In this document: piece after piece, positions 31,082 through 41,839 of the stretch
Layout of the letters: each line of letters begins with the position of its first letter
How positions within the stretch are numbered: position 1 is the stretch's first letter
Assembly (NCBI GenBank): GCA_965116685.1
Contig: OZ220707.1
Span: 16,714-80,713, forward strand
Length of the DNA stretch: 64,000 nucleotides
Reading direction: 5' to 3'
From: Rhodothermales bacterium
GTDB lineage: Bacteria > Bacteroidota > Rhodothermia > Rhodothermales > Bin80
Program-made: the position numbers and the translations under genes
Notes under the pieces: generated by a model
What the model was told of the DNA's origin: nothing
The model's input: the letters and a program-made list of their open reading frames with translations, nothing else
Database searches by the model: none

Positions 31082-34000
31082 ATGTTAATAAACAGGTACA
31101 TTGCCATTCTGCTTTTCGGACTTGGCTATATATATTCGAATGCTACAGTTGAAGCACAGACTGCAGAGCTCTTTGACGATCTGGAGTTTCGCTATATCGG
31201 CCCATCACGTGGTGGGAGGGTAACCACGGTAACAGGGCATAGAGATACTCCCGAAACGTTTTATATGGGGGCAACGGGTGGAGGAGTCTGGAAAACCACA
31301 GACTATGGAGCAAGTTGGGAAAATATTTCCGATGGATATTTTGAAACCGGCTCCATTGGTTCCATTGATGTAGCCGACAGTAACCCCCAGATCATCTATG
31401 TGGGAACGGGCTCAGATGGGATTCGCAGCAATGTGATCATTGGCCGGGGGATGTACAAGTCCATGAATGGTGGCGAGTCGTGGATGCATATTGGGCTTCG
31501 GGAGGCTGGGCAGATCGGTTCTGTCGTCATCCATCCCACCAATCCCGAGATGGTCTATGTGGCAGCATTAGGAAATCCATTTGGTCCAAACCCGGAGCGT
31601 GGCGTATTTAAGTCCATAGATGGCGGGGAAACCTGGGAGCATGTACTGTTTATTTCAGAGCAGACAGGGGCAGTAGATCTTGAGCTTGCACCGGAGAACC
31701 CAGATGTTATCTACGCTGCACTATGGCGGGCAGAACGCAAACCTTGGACGATCATCAGTGGAGATGATGGTTCTGAAAACGGTATTTATGTTTCGCGTGA
31801 TGCAGGTGAGACATGGTCCAAGAGCACGGATGGGTTACCCCAGGGGTTGATTGGAAAAATTGATTTTGCGGTAAGTCCTGCAGATCCCAGTCGGGTCTAT
31901 GCACTGGTTGAGGCGGTCCCGGAAGAAGAAGGCCTCTACCGATCCAATGATATGGGGGTGACTTGGGATGTAATCAGCACGGAAGGTTACCTGATGACCC
32001 GTCCTTTTTATTATACGAATGTGGATGCGGACCCGACAGATGCGGATGTGGTCTGGGTCAATAATCTTGCGTTTTGGCGTTCAGAGAATGGAGGGCAGGA
32101 GTGGACGAGAGTCAGAACCCCACATGGGGATAATCATGACATGTGGATCAATCCCGATGATCCGCTCATCATCGTTCAGTCAAACGACGGCGGGGCCAAC
32201 GTTACACGCGATGGCGGAAGAACATGGTCTACTCAGCATAATCAGCCCACAGCCGAACTCTATCAGGTTGATGTAGATGAACGGTTTCCATATTGGGCAT
32301 ATGCAGGGCAGCAGGATAATTCTACGGTTGCCGTTCCAAGCTTGCCGCCAGATTTTCGCCCAGGGGGAGCTACCGCATACTGGGAAGCAATTGGAGGATG
32401 TGAAACGGGACCGTCAGTCCCTCATCCGGTGAACCCCATGATCGTTTACAGCAATTGTAAGGGTACCTTTAGACGCTATAACCGTGCCACCGGGCAGCAG
32501 CAGGCCTATTATGTTGGGGGTGTCAACATGTATGGCGTGAATCCGCGTGAATTGCCGTACCGCTTCCAGCGCGTAGTCCCAATTGAAATCTCCCCACATG
32601 ATCCTAGTGTAATTTACCATGGATCACAGTTTGTGCATCGCACAACGGATGAGGGGCGAACATGGGAGACGATCAGCGATGACCTGACTGCGTTCAGGCC
32701 CGAGCGTCAGGTGATCAGCGGTGGTCCAATTACGAGAGATATCACCGGGGAAGAACACTACAGCGCGCTCTATGTGATTGAGGTTTCTCCAATGAATGAG
32801 CAGGCCATCTGGACAGGAGCCAACGATGGGCCAGTGCATGTGACGCAGGACGGTGGACAGACATGGACCAATGTGACCCCACCTGATATGCCTCCCGAAG
32901 GGCGGATCCAGACCATTGATCCCTCGCCACACGTCGAGGGCAAGGCATATGTGGCTGGGTATCGGTATTTACTCGGAGATTTTGAACCCTATATCTATCG
33001 GACGGACGATTTTGGGGCAACCTGGACGAGGTTGACGGACGGGACGAACGGGATCCCGGATGATTATCCAACACGCGTCATTCGAGAGGATCCGGGAAGA
33101 GAAGGACTACTCTATGCAGGAACGGAATTTGGACTGTTTATCTCATTTGATGATGGCAGGACTTGGGAGAAATTCCAGCAGGAACTGCCCGTCACGCCAA
33201 TCACGGACCTGAAAGTTCATCGTGAGGATCTGGTCTTGTCAACCATGGGCCGGGGATTCTGGATTCTGGATAATATCACCGCGCTGCATCATATCACCTC
33301 AGACATCATAAATTCCGATGTGCACCTGTTTCCGATACGTGATACATATCGGGCACGGTATTCTTCAAGTTCCGGTGGTGGTACTGCACCTACCTACCCC
33401 CGATCAGGTGTGGTCATTGATTACTACTTCAAAGAGGAGCAGACGAGGGAAGTAACATTGGAGATTTTAAATGATAAAGGAACGATCATTCGTACGGTTG
33501 AAGCTGAGGAGTTTCAACCCGAGTTAGCCGTAGCTCAGGGAATGCGTGCTTCTCCGCGACCGCGTGCTCCCGGGTCTGTGCTCGAGCGTGCTCCAGGTGT
33601 GAACAGATATACATGGGATATGCGTCACTCGGGATTGAGTGCGCCCGGCCTTCGGAATCTTCAAGGGCCATTGGTTCCGCCAGGCACTTATCAAGTGCGT
33701 CTGAACGTGGATGGAGAAACCTTCACTCAGGAAGCCGTACTTCGGATTGATCCACGTGTAGCTATGGATAACGTTGGAGAGAGCGACCTCCAGGCACAGT
33801 TTGAATTCGGGATGGAGCTCATGAAGACCCGTGGTGATGCTGCAGCTGCACTTCAACGGATTGATGCACTCATCGAAGATGCTACGGATGAAGCTACAGC
33901 GGAGACCGTAAAGCAGTTGCGAGCACTGCTCGTGACTGCGACCGGAGACAGTTACCCTCAGCCCATGCTGATAGATCAGTTGAGATATCTTGCCGGCTTT

Positions 34001-34102
34001 ACATCCCAGGGGGATTTTCGCCCTGGAAAAGATGCATATGAACGCCTTGCACAGTTGCAGAGTGATCTTGCTGCGATCATTCAACAACTGGGTGAACGGT
34101 AA
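31082..34102 (+). CDS. Secreted BNR/Asp-box repeat, sortilin(VPS10)-like beta-propeller protein (often annotated glycosyl hydrolase)
   Basis: Signal peptide (MLINRYIAILLFGLGYIYSNATVEAQ). Repeated S.DGG.TW Asp-box motifs (TDYGASW, SMNGGESW, SIDGGETW, SRDAGETW, SENGGQEW, TRDGGRTW, TQDGGQTW, FDDGRTW). Confidence 0.8.
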   Translation: MLINRYIAILLFGLGYIYSNATVEAQTAELFDDLEFRYIGPSRGGRVTTVTGHRDTPETFYMGATGGGVWKTTDYGASWENISDGYFETGSIGSIDVADSNPQIIYVGTGSDGIRSNVIIGRGMYKSMNGGESWMHIGLREAGQIGSVVIHPTNPEMVYVAALGNPFGPNPERGVFKSIDGGETWEHVLFISEQTGAVDLELAPENPDVIYAALWRAERKPWTIISGDDGSENGIYVSRDAGETWSKSTDGLPQGLIGKIDFAVSPADPSRVYALVEAVPEEEGLYRSNDMGVTWDVISTEGYLMTRPFYYTNVDADPTDADVVWVNNLAFWRSENGGQEWTRVRTPHGDNHDMWINPDDPLIIVQSNDGGANVTRDGGRTWSTQHNQPTAELYQVDVDERFPYWAYAGQQDNSTVAVPSLPPDFRPGGATAYWEAIGGCETGPSVPHPVNPMIVYSNCKGTFRRYNRATGQQQAYYVGGVNMYGVNPRELPYRFQRVVPIEISPHDPSVIYHGSQFVHRTTDEGRTWETISDDLTAFRPERQVISGGPITRDITGEEHYSALYVIEVSPMNEQAIWTGANDGPVHVTQDGGQTWTNVTPPDMPPEGRIQTIDPSPHVEGKAYVAGYRYLLGDFEPYIYRTDDFGATWTRLTDGTNGIPDDYPTRVIREDPGREGLLYAGTEFGLFISFDDGRTWEKFQQELPVTPITDLKVHREDLVLSTMGRGFWILDNITALHHITSDIINSDVHLFPIRDTYRARYSSSSGGGTAPTYPRSGVVIDYYFKEEQTREVTLEILNDKGTIIRTVEAEEFQPELAVAQGMRASPRPRAPGSVLERAPGVNRYTWDMRHSGLSAPGLRNLQGPLVPPGTYQVRLNVDGETFTQEAVLRIDPRVAMDNVGESDLQAQFEFGMELMKTRGDAAAALQRIDALIEDATDEATAETVKQLRALLVTATGDSYPQPMLIDQLRYLAGFTSQGDFRPGKDAYERLAQLQSDLAAIIQQLGER

Positions 34103-34218
34103 GGAGAACCGGGGTTGATTTAAAAATCAGGACTGGACTGCTCAACCGCTTCGGGCTGATATGATCACTCGGACGAGCATTGGCGTGTAAGACTTGCAGA
34201 GATTATCGTTACTCCGAG

Positions 34219-35274
34219 ATGATAGACACTACTGCGATCCTTGGAGCCGAGGCAGTTGATCTACTTCAGCATCGGTGCCAGCACGTACCGGCCTCCCTGA
34301 TCAGATTTCCTAGACCTGATTTCTTAGAGACGGCTGCAACCATTTCTGATCGCCCTCCGCATGTACTGAGATCACTCCAGAGATTGTATGGAGCGGGGCG
34401 TTTAGCCGGGACCGGGTATTTGAGCCTACTTCCTGTAGATCACGGGGTTGCACACACCGCAGGGATGGTCTTTGCCTCCAATCCCGTATATCTGGATCCG
34501 ACAGCAATTGTTGATCTGGCAGAACAGGGAGGTAGCAGTGGGCTTGTGACCACATACGGAGTTCTTGGGATGGTGGCCAGGGCAGCTCGCAGAGATTTAC
34601 CGCTCGTTCTAAAGTTGAATCATGACAATCAGTTCACCTGGCCTGCACGTTATGAGAATATTCTGTTCGGCCACGTCCATGAAGCCGCGGAGATCGGCTG
34701 TGTAGCGGTTGCGGCTACCGTGTATTTTGGCGGCCCCAACGCCCGCATGGAGTTGCAATTGGTGTCAGGATTGTTTACGGAAGCACACAGGTTGGGAATG
34801 GCCACGATATTGTTTAGCTATTTACATCCCACAGCACTTCAAAAAGGTGGGGATGAGATCATTTATTCGGCGGACCTCACGGCGGAAGCAAACCATCAGG
34901 CCGTAACGGTGCAAGCAGATCTGATCAAGCAGAAGCAACCATTATGGACGGGAGGGGCAAACGCTCTGGGGGCTGATTATGGGCCTATGGATACGCGAAT
35001 GTCCCAAGAGTTGTGCTCATCGCACCCCATTGATCTAACGAGATATCAGGTTCTGGCCTGCTATGCTGGCGGCATAGGCTTAATCCATTCGGGAGGGGCC
35101 AAGGGGGAGGATGATCTGGTGCAGTCGGTGCGGGCAGCTGTGATCAATAAGCGGGGTGGGGGAGTCGGCCTTATTGCAGGTCGCAAAGTATTCCAGAAGC
35201 CCTTGGCGGAAGGAGTTCAGCTTCTGCATGCAATTCAGGATGTTTATCGAAACCCTGATGTAACCGTGGCTTAA
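34219..35274 (+). CDS. fbaB: Class I fructose-bisphosphate aldolase (FbaB/DeoC-LacD family)
   Basis: Collinear with E. coli FbaB as I remember it: LLQHRC, LYGAGRLAGTGYLSLLPVDHGV, LVLKLNH, ADLIKQK, PIDLTRYQV, VINKRGGGVGLIAGRK. Confidence 0.8.
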   Translation: MIDTTAILGAEAVDLLQHRCQHVPASLIRFPRPDFLETAATISDRPPHVLRSLQRLYGAGRLAGTGYLSLLPVDHGVAHTAGMVFASNPVYLDPTAIVDLAEQGGSSGLVTTYGVLGMVARAARRDLPLVLKLNHDNQFTWPARYENILFGHVHEAAEIGCVAVAATVYFGGPNARMELQLVSGLFTEAHRLGMATILFSYLHPTALQKGGDEIIYSADLTAEANHQAVTVQADLIKQKQPLWTGGANALGADYGPMDTRMSQELCSSHPIDLTRYQVLACYAGGIGLIHSGGAKGEDDLVQSVRAAVINKRGGGVGLIAGRKVFQKPLAEGVQLLHAIQDVYRNPDVTVA

Positions 35275-35318
35275 GTGCTGAGAACGATCACGATGCAAGT
35301 CAGCACCGGAGCCGGATA

Positions 35319-35798
35319 TTACTGTGATTGTGCGTTGATCATCTCCACAACCGTGCCCAGAAGATCATTGGGTACAGGCACAGTTAGATGGTATTGAACG
35401 ATTCTCCATGTATCGCCTTCTAAAACTAGCGCTCCAGTTCCGCGAACCTCACCGTACTTCTCGTTGAGCAGAACCTCATCAAACCATGCGGCCCCACCGT
35501 CGGCACCTACATATACATAGCGTTCCTGCGGAACATACGTCCATCCACGCCCGGCACTGAAATGAGGTTCAGCATACCCTTGAAATTCAGATTTTGTCCA
35601 TCGTTCGGTCATATCGGTCCCCAGGAAAATACTTTCTTCCGCGAGGTGTCCAAAATATCGTTCGTAATCGGCCTCGGAGGCGGCGAGATGAAAATCATCA
35701 AGTACTGCTTCAATGTCAGAGTGCTGTGCGCTTGCGCTTGATACGGTAATCAAGCCAAAGAGAAGGAGAATGGGGAAAAGTCGAGTCATGGAAGTCAT
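35319..35798 (-). CDS. Secreted SnoaL/NTF2-like fold protein
   Basis: 159 aa with a signal peptide (LFPILLLFGLITVSSASA). Size and the W/Y pattern fit NTF2-like proteins. 4-nt overlap with the upstream GMC gene. Confidence 0.5.
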   Translation of the reverse strand: MTSMTRLFPILLLFGLITVSSASAQHSDIEAVLDDFHLAASEADYERYFGHLAEESIFLGTDMTERWTKSEFQGYAEPHFSAGRGWTYVPQERYVYVGADGGAAWFDEVLLNEKYGEVRGTGALVLEGDTWRIVQYHLTVPVPNDLLGTVVEMINAQSQ

Positions 35799-37261
35799 TT
35801 GATCATATGGTCGGCAACCCGAAGTGCCTGGGCTGCAATTGTAAGTGCTGGGTTCATGGCTCCAGAGGATGGAAAAAATGATGCATCGACAACCCGCAAG
35901 TTCGGAAGTTCATGCATTCGGCAATAGGGGTCCAATACGCTGTTCGCTGGGTCATTGCCCATTTTCAAGGTGCCGCACTGGTGCGAGTTGGTTTCAATTC
36001 CCATCTGTTGACTGAATGTGATTGGATATCCGGCTCGTTGTAACATGCGGCGTGCCCGCTTTAATAATTGCCGGTGGGCAGTTAGGTTATTTGGCTTCCA
36101 GTGAATTCGTATACGACCTTCGGATGTCAGTGAAACATGATTATTCGGGTCGGGCAGATCCTCGCTCATGACCCACCATTCGATACTTCGGTTTGCCAGA
36201 TATTTCAGTAGGGGCAGAGGCGCATTTGGTCGGGCGGACTTGAGCATGGATGCCTGCACTTTGCCAATCATCTGGAGATTCCCCATAGGCCAGGGCCACT
36301 CATCTGCCCCAAGGTACCAATCATTGATCGAAAGTGTTTTCTGAAAGGTTGTTGTATTGCGTTCCCATGGACGGATTGCCATCAATGCGCTGTTATTGTG
36401 CACCATGTAGTTGCGTCCAATCATACCGGAGGGATCTGGAATCCCATCAGATCTAAGAAGCAGTACTGCAGAATTCACCGCACCACAGCTGAGTACATAG
36501 GTGCTGGCTCGAATGGTTTTCAATTCACCTTTGTGGTCTAACTCTAATGAATCAACAGCGCCACTGCGTATCACAACTCGATGGACCTTTGCGTTTGTCC
36601 ATAGGGTGACATTTGGATGGTCAATAGCTGGGCGGACAGCACATACCTCAGCATCCGATTTTGCATGAACTCTACAGGGAAACCCATCACATGTGTGGCA
36701 GCGCAGGCATCGATTCCCCAGATCAATTCCGAGAGGTAAATGAAACGGATTCAGGCCCTGCTTCTGGAAGGAAGCCGCGAGGCGGGCGATTTGCGGCTCA
36801 TGCGGTACCACGTTGTGTGGATAGTCTTCCGAACGCGGGGATTCGGTAGGATCATCACCAGGATTTCCATGGACATGGTACAGCTTTTCAGCACGGCAGT
36901 AGTAGGCCTCCAGTTCATCATAAGTGACCGGCCAGCCGGGGCTCGTACCACTCTCATGTTCCAGTTCACTGAAATCTTCCTGCCGGAATCTGGGCAGAGC
37001 TGCTCCATAAACTTTCGAGTTGCCTCCGATACAATAATGCAGGCCAGGCTTGAAGGTCTGGCCATCTGCAGTCTCCCAGACTTCGTTTGCCTTGTAACGA
37101 TTCTCCCCAAAGACAGCTTTTGGGCTCCAATTCTCAGGCTCCTGGGGAAGAAAATCCCCACGCTCAATCAGCAGAATGCGTGCGCCGCTGTCACGCAGTC
37201 CCCAAGCCAGCGTACCTCCACCGATTCCAGTTCCGACAATGATAATATCAAAATCTGCCAT
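35795..37261 (-). CDS. GMC-family FAD-dependent oxidoreductase
   Basis: N-terminal FDIIIVGTGIGGGTLA dinucleotide fold and C-terminal NLRVVDASFFPSSGAMNPALTIAAQALR. Confidence 0.8.
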   Translation of the reverse strand: MADFDIIIVGTGIGGGTLAWGLRDSGARILLIERGDFLPQEPENWSPKAVFGENRYKANEVWETADGQTFKPGLHYCIGGNSKVYGAALPRFRQEDFSELEHESGTSPGWPVTYDELEAYYCRAEKLYHVHGNPGDDPTESPRSEDYPHNVVPHEPQIARLAASFQKQGLNPFHLPLGIDLGNRCLRCHTCDGFPCRVHAKSDAEVCAVRPAIDHPNVTLWTNAKVHRVVIRSGAVDSLELDHKGELKTIRASTYVLSCGAVNSAVLLLRSDGIPDPSGMIGRNYMVHNNSALMAIRPWERNTTTFQKTLSINDWYLGADEWPWPMGNLQMIGKVQASMLKSARPNAPLPLLKYLANRSIEWWVMSEDLPDPNNHVSLTSEGRIRIHWKPNNLTAHRQLLKRARRMLQRAGYPITFSQQMGIETNSHQCGTLKMGNDPANSVLDPYCRMHELPNLRVVDASFFPSSGAMNPALTIAAQALRVADHMIK

Positions 37262-37305
37262 AGCTTGATCCCCCGTGAATTATCTCCCACTGGTAAACAA
37301 ATATA

Positions 37306-38121
37306 TCATGCCTTGACTGCTCCAGAAACTAGCCCCCGTACAAAGAGCCTGCCCAGGCCAATATAAACAAGGGCAGTAGGCAGGGCAGCTACGATTGCAC
37401 CTGCCATAACAACGTTCCAATCCACAGAAAAAGATCCAGATAGATTGTTCAGTGCAATCGTTACCGGTTGAGACTGGGGGTTTGGGACGACTGTGATTCC
37501 AAAAAGAAAGTCATTCCAAATGTTGGTGAACTGGAATATTAGTGCAACAGCAAACGCGGGCAAAGACAGGGGGAGGATGACGCGCCAGAAAACCCCAATG
37601 ATGCCAGCTCCGTCAACGGTTGCTGCTTCCACGATAGAGCCGGGAATATTGATATAAAAATTCCTGAAAATGAGTGTCGTTACAGAAACTCCGTAAACGA
37701 CATGAGTGAGGACCAGCCCAGGAAGTGTGCCATACAGGTCAATCCATTGGAGAAAACGTACCAGGGGAAGCAGGATGGCCTGATAGGGGATAAAGAAACC
37801 AAAAAGCAATAGAGCGAAAAGAATCTCGGATCCACGAAAGCGCCATTTCGAGAAAATGTAACCATTCAGTGCCCCAATGATCGACGATAAGAGGGCCGCG
37901 GGAATCACCATGACAAGACTATTCTTCAAGTTGGGAGAAAGCATGCTCCACGCCTCGATAAACCCTTCTGCGGAGATCCGGCTGGGAAGCTGCCACATCG
38001 TTGCCAGGCTGACACTGGATGCATCCCTAAAACTGTTGACGAGCATCACATAAATCGGCAGCAGGTACAGAATCACGGCAAGCCCCAACCCAAACCAGAG
38101 AAGTCCGCGTTTAAAACTCAT
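37306..38121 (-). CDS. Carbohydrate (CUT1) ABC transporter permease, MalG-like
   Basis: Six TM segments and an EAA-type loop (EAATVDGAGIIGVFWRVILPLSLP). Confidence 0.85.
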   Translation of the reverse strand: MSFKRGLLWFGLGLAVILYLLPIYVMLVNSFRDASSVSLATMWQLPSRISAEGFIEAWSMLSPNLKNSLVMVIPAALLSSIIGALNGYIFSKWRFRGSEILFALLLFGFFIPYQAILLPLVRFLQWIDLYGTLPGLVLTHVVYGVSVTTLIFRNFYINIPGSIVEAATVDGAGIIGVFWRVILPLSLPAFAVALIFQFTNIWNDFLFGITVVPNPQSQPVTIALNNLSGSFSVDWNVVMAGAIVAALPTALVYIGLGRLFVRGLVSGAVKA

Positions 38122-39110
38122 GATTCACGGTTTTTGAATGTATGGACGAGATAAGGGACAATGATCAAAGAAGATGCAACCAACATCACGATCGAAGCAG
38201 CAGCTCCAAGGTTATAACGGGCCGCTTTGAACATCATTTCAAACACGAAAATTGCCGGGACATCGGTAGCGAAGCCCGGTCCAACCCCCGACATGGCAAA
38301 AACCAGGTCAAAAATCTTCAGTGAAACGTGCAGCAGAATAATAATGATGGAGATTGTGATGGGATTCAGCATGGGAATGATCACGGACCGGTATAGCCTC
38401 AACTCTCCTGCACCATCAATACGGGCAGCATCTCTGATTTGAGGGCTGATGCCACCAAGTCCCCCGAGATACATAGCCATGACAAATCCGGATAACTGCC
38501 AGGTCGCGGCAATGGCTACCGGGATAAGTGCCACCGGAATTCCCCATTCAATCTGAAAATCCATGCCCCCCGGCCAAATTTGCGACAGCAGTTGATTGAC
38601 CGAAAAAACAACTGCAGGGTCCGTTGTCCAGCCAGGAGCCAGAGGACTCATGCCAGCCGCTTCCAGAGCCTGGTTGATTCCAAGAAAGTCGAAGAACAGG
38701 TTGATCCCAGTCTCAGGGTTGAAAATCCATCGCCACACAACCCCGGTTACGATAAAGGACAGAGCATAGGGGAATAGAAACGTATTACGAAAGAACCCCT
38801 TTCCGGCAATTTGGCGGTCCAGTAGAATTGCGAGCCCAAGGCCAATGCTGATTGCCAGACCAATAAAAAGCACCGTGAATACAAGTGTATTCCTTAGATC
38901 CGCCTGGAAGCGTGGCATCGCCAACATATCTGCATACGTTTGCCAAAGCGGGTCACGCAGAGACAAATCTACCGCAAGAGTACGCCAGTTTGTGAGCGAG
39001 AAAAAGAAGCTTGTTCCGATAAACCCATAGACAAAGATGGCCGTCAATAGAAGTGATGGCAGCAGGATGAGAAGTCCTTTATGTCGGGACAGCCAGCGTG
39101 TATGGATCAT
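38118..39110 (-). CDS. Carbohydrate (CUT1) ABC transporter permease, MalF-like
   Basis: TM-rich with an EAA loop (DAARIDGAGELRLYRSVIIPML). 4-nt overlap with the downstream permease. Confidence 0.85.
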   Translation of the reverse strand: MIHTRWLSRHKGLLILLPSLLLTAIFVYGFIGTSFFFSLTNWRTLAVDLSLRDPLWQTYADMLAMPRFQADLRNTLVFTVLFIGLAISIGLGLAILLDRQIAGKGFFRNTFLFPYALSFIVTGVVWRWIFNPETGINLFFDFLGINQALEAAGMSPLAPGWTTDPAVVFSVNQLLSQIWPGGMDFQIEWGIPVALIPVAIAATWQLSGFVMAMYLGGLGGISPQIRDAARIDGAGELRLYRSVIIPMLNPITISIIIILLHVSLKIFDLVFAMSGVGPGFATDVPAIFVFEMMFKAARYNLGAAASIVMLVASSLIIVPYLVHTFKNRES

Positions 39111-39113
39111 ACG

Positions 39114-40373
39114 TTACATGCCAAACCCGGATGCCTTTGCTTCCCGCGCAAGCATTTCAGTGAAGGCATCCACATCGCGTCGAACAACAAAGTCTGTCAG
39201 CGCATCGTTGAGTGCCTGCTGGAAATCCGCCGGTGCGGCGGAACCGTGGATCACCGTTGGCACAGCAACACTCTTGGCGTACTCATCCATTGCCCACTGC
39301 AGGTACGGGCCGAAGCGGGAACGGTCGCAGTCATTGCGTGCGCAAATGGATCCCTTGATGAGATTAAAGTTCTCCTGAACGACACGATCTCCCATGATCT
39401 GGAGCATATTGAGGGTTTCTTCCGGGTGAGGTGCATTTTTGGCGAGAGTGAATCCATCGGTAACCAGTATATGAACCCCGTCTGTCCCAGGATGGGCAAC
39501 CCAGCCAAAGTCAATGTTTTCCTTCAGCCCATCACGGATTAACTCCCCATAGACCCAGTCTCCCATCGAATAGAAGGCACAGTCGCCATCTGCCATTTTA
39601 TCGGCTGCCTGATCCCATGAGAGTGCGGCATGATCGTCATTCAGATAATTGAGTAGTCGACCATAGATGTGCACGGCCTCCATCACATCGGGGTCTCTAA
39701 AACTGGTCGTCCCGTTCCACAGGCCTTGATAGCGTTCAGGTCCAATCGTGCCAGCAAGCGTATTTTCAAACATAATGCCGGTGGCCCAGATCCCCGTATC
39801 TCCCATGCATAGAGGAGCAATCTCCGTATTCTGGAGCTCTTCGGCAATCCCGAACAGTTCCTCAATACTTAATGCATCCCCAACAGAGATGCCGTGCTCT
39901 GCAAGTACAGGCTTATTGTACCAGAGTGTATTGCTGCGATGAAGATTCAAGACGACCAGATAGGGCTCACCATTTCTGCTTACCATATCAATTAGAGATG
40001 GCGAGAACAGTTCATACCATCCTTCGGCATCATAGAGGTCCTTCATCGATGCAGCAAACCCGGGAGTGATATATTGTCCCATGAGTTCTGCTCCATGGTG
40101 GGTTTGCCATGTATCGGGTGGATTTCCTCCTACAAGTCGGGTTTGAAGCACAGGGCGGGCAGCTGAACCACCGCCACCGGCGATGGAAGCATTGATCACC
40201 TCAACATCGGGATAACGGTTTTTGTAGGCTTCGAGTACGGTTTCCAGTGCAGATGCTTCGCTTCCCGAGGTCCACCAGGTAAAGACCTCAACCTGTTTCT
40301 CGGGACTGGTCTGGTTGTTGCCCTGACAGGCAGCCAGAAGTAGGGTCGAAAGAAGTAGGTAATTGATACGCAT
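39114..40373 (-). CDS. ABC transporter extracellular solute-binding protein (family 1, sugar type), lipoprotein
   Basis: Lipobox LLLAAC, then VEVFTWWTSGSEA typical of CUT1 binding proteins. The internal Met at 40373 is preferred over 40394. Confidence 0.8.
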   Translation of the reverse strand: MRINYLLLSTLLLAACQGNNQTSPEKQVEVFTWWTSGSEASALETVLEAYKNRYPDVEVINASIAGGGGSAARPVLQTRLVGGNPPDTWQTHHGAELMGQYITPGFAASMKDLYDAEGWYELFSPSLIDMVSRNGEPYLVVLNLHRSNTLWYNKPVLAEHGISVGDALSIEELFGIAEELQNTEIAPLCMGDTGIWATGIMFENTLAGTIGPERYQGLWNGTTSFRDPDVMEAVHIYGRLLNYLNDDHAALSWDQAADKMADGDCAFYSMGDWVYGELIRDGLKENIDFGWVAHPGTDGVHILVTDGFTLAKNAPHPEETLNMLQIMGDRVVQENFNLIKGSICARNDCDRSRFGPYLQWAMDEYAKSVAVPTVIHGSAAPADFQQALNDALTDFVVRRDVDAFTEMLAREAKASGFGM

Positions 40374-40384
40374 AGTGTAAAGTG

Positions 40385-41839
40385 TTACAGCCACGAGCTC
40401 TCATGCTCGCCGATGTGAAGCTGAACGGTTTTGAGTTCGGTAAACTCATCTGTAGAGAAGCGGCCCAGTTCCCGTCCGAGCCCACTATCTCGATAACCAC
40501 CAAAGGGAAGCTCAGCGTGCCCCTCCATGAAACAATTGATCCAAATCGTCCCCGCACGAACGTTACGACTCACTTCAAAGGCGGTATCCACGTTTGAAGT
40601 CCACAGGCCGGCGCTCAGTCCATAGAGAGTGTTGTTGGCAATCTGGATTGCCTCCTCTTTTGTCTTGAATGTCAGGATCGACAGTACTGGGCCGAAGATC
40701 TCTTCCCGTGCAATCGGCATCTCAGGTGTCACACCATCGAATATAGTAGGTTCAAAAAACCGTCCATTTAGAGTTGGCATCCTGTTTCCGCCGATCCGAA
40801 GCCGCGCACCAAAATCGGTACCAATCTGCACATATTGATGAATTTTTTCAAGTTGTGGTTCATTGATGATTGCTCCGACTTTCACATCTTCGGCCAGCGG
40901 ATCTCCAACAGGCACTGTGCGTGCCAGCTCAAGGACACGTTCGGTAAACTCTTCTGCTATGCTTTCCTGCAGCAGGAGGCGGCTGCCGCTGTTGCAGCAT
41001 TCTCCCATGTTAAAGTAAACCCCGAATACAACGGGATCCAGTGCCGCCTCTAAATCCGCATCTGCAAAGATGATATGGGGGTTCTTTCCACCCAGTTCCA
41101 GTGAGCAGCGTTTGAGGTTTTTTCCAGCGGCGGCAGCGACTTTACGCCCAACTGCAGTTGAGCCAGTGAATGAGATTACATCAACATCATTGTGTTCGGC
41201 AAGGCTTGCGCCAACTGGATCCCCAAACCCGGTGACAATATTAATCACCCCAGAAGGAACGCCGGCTTCATGCGCTAACGAAGCCAGTTTCATGGTTGTG
41301 CCCGGAGTCAATTCACTGGGTTTGATGACCGCCGTACAGCCAACTGCAAGCGCAAACGGCAACTTCTGGCTGATGATCAGTAGCGGAAAATTCCATGGTG
41401 TGATCAGTCCCGCGACCCCGGCAGGCTCACGTAACACCAACCCGAGCTTGTTTTCACCAAGGTTATTGTACGCTTCTCCTACGGTATGGCGAGCGAGTGT
41501 CGCTGCATAGCGCCACAGATCCACGGCCGTCTCCATTTCCCCCTTTGCCTGTGTGATTGGCTTTCCACTTTCGAGGGTTTCCAGTTTGGCCAGATCCTCA
41601 CAGTGGGAATGAATCAGGTCTGCCGTGGCATTCAGAACCTGTGCACGCTCCTGGCCGGACATGCGTGGCCAGGGACCGGAATCAAATGCTGCGCGTGCAG
41701 ACTGCACAGCCGTGTGCACATCCTGCTCCGTTCCAAGTGCATAGTCATCCACCGTCGTATCATGCGCGGGGCTGACTGTGGTAAATAGGTCTCCCCGTTC
41801 ACCACGAACAAATTTGCCGCCAATCCAATGTTTGCCCAT
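40385..41839 (-). CDS. NAD(P)-dependent aldehyde dehydrogenase (BetB-like)
   Basis: ITPWNFPLLI, VIKPSELTPGT, SLELGGKNP, GECCNSGSRLLL (catalytic Cys) and EEIFGPVL. Confidence 0.88.
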   Translation of the reverse strand: MGKHWIGGKFVRGERGDLFTTVSPAHDTTVDDYALGTEQDVHTAVQSARAAFDSGPWPRMSGQERAQVLNATADLIHSHCEDLAKLETLESGKPITQAKGEMETAVDLWRYAATLARHTVGEAYNNLGENKLGLVLREPAGVAGLITPWNFPLLIISQKLPFALAVGCTAVIKPSELTPGTTMKLASLAHEAGVPSGVINIVTGFGDPVGASLAEHNDVDVISFTGSTAVGRKVAAAAGKNLKRCSLELGGKNPHIIFADADLEAALDPVVFGVYFNMGECCNSGSRLLLQESIAEEFTERVLELARTVPVGDPLAEDVKVGAIINEPQLEKIHQYVQIGTDFGARLRIGGNRMPTLNGRFFEPTIFDGVTPEMPIAREEIFGPVLSILTFKTKEEAIQIANNTLYGLSAGLWTSNVDTAFEVSRNVRAGTIWINCFMEGHAELPFGGYRDSGLGRELGRFSTDEFTELKTVQLHIGEHESSWL

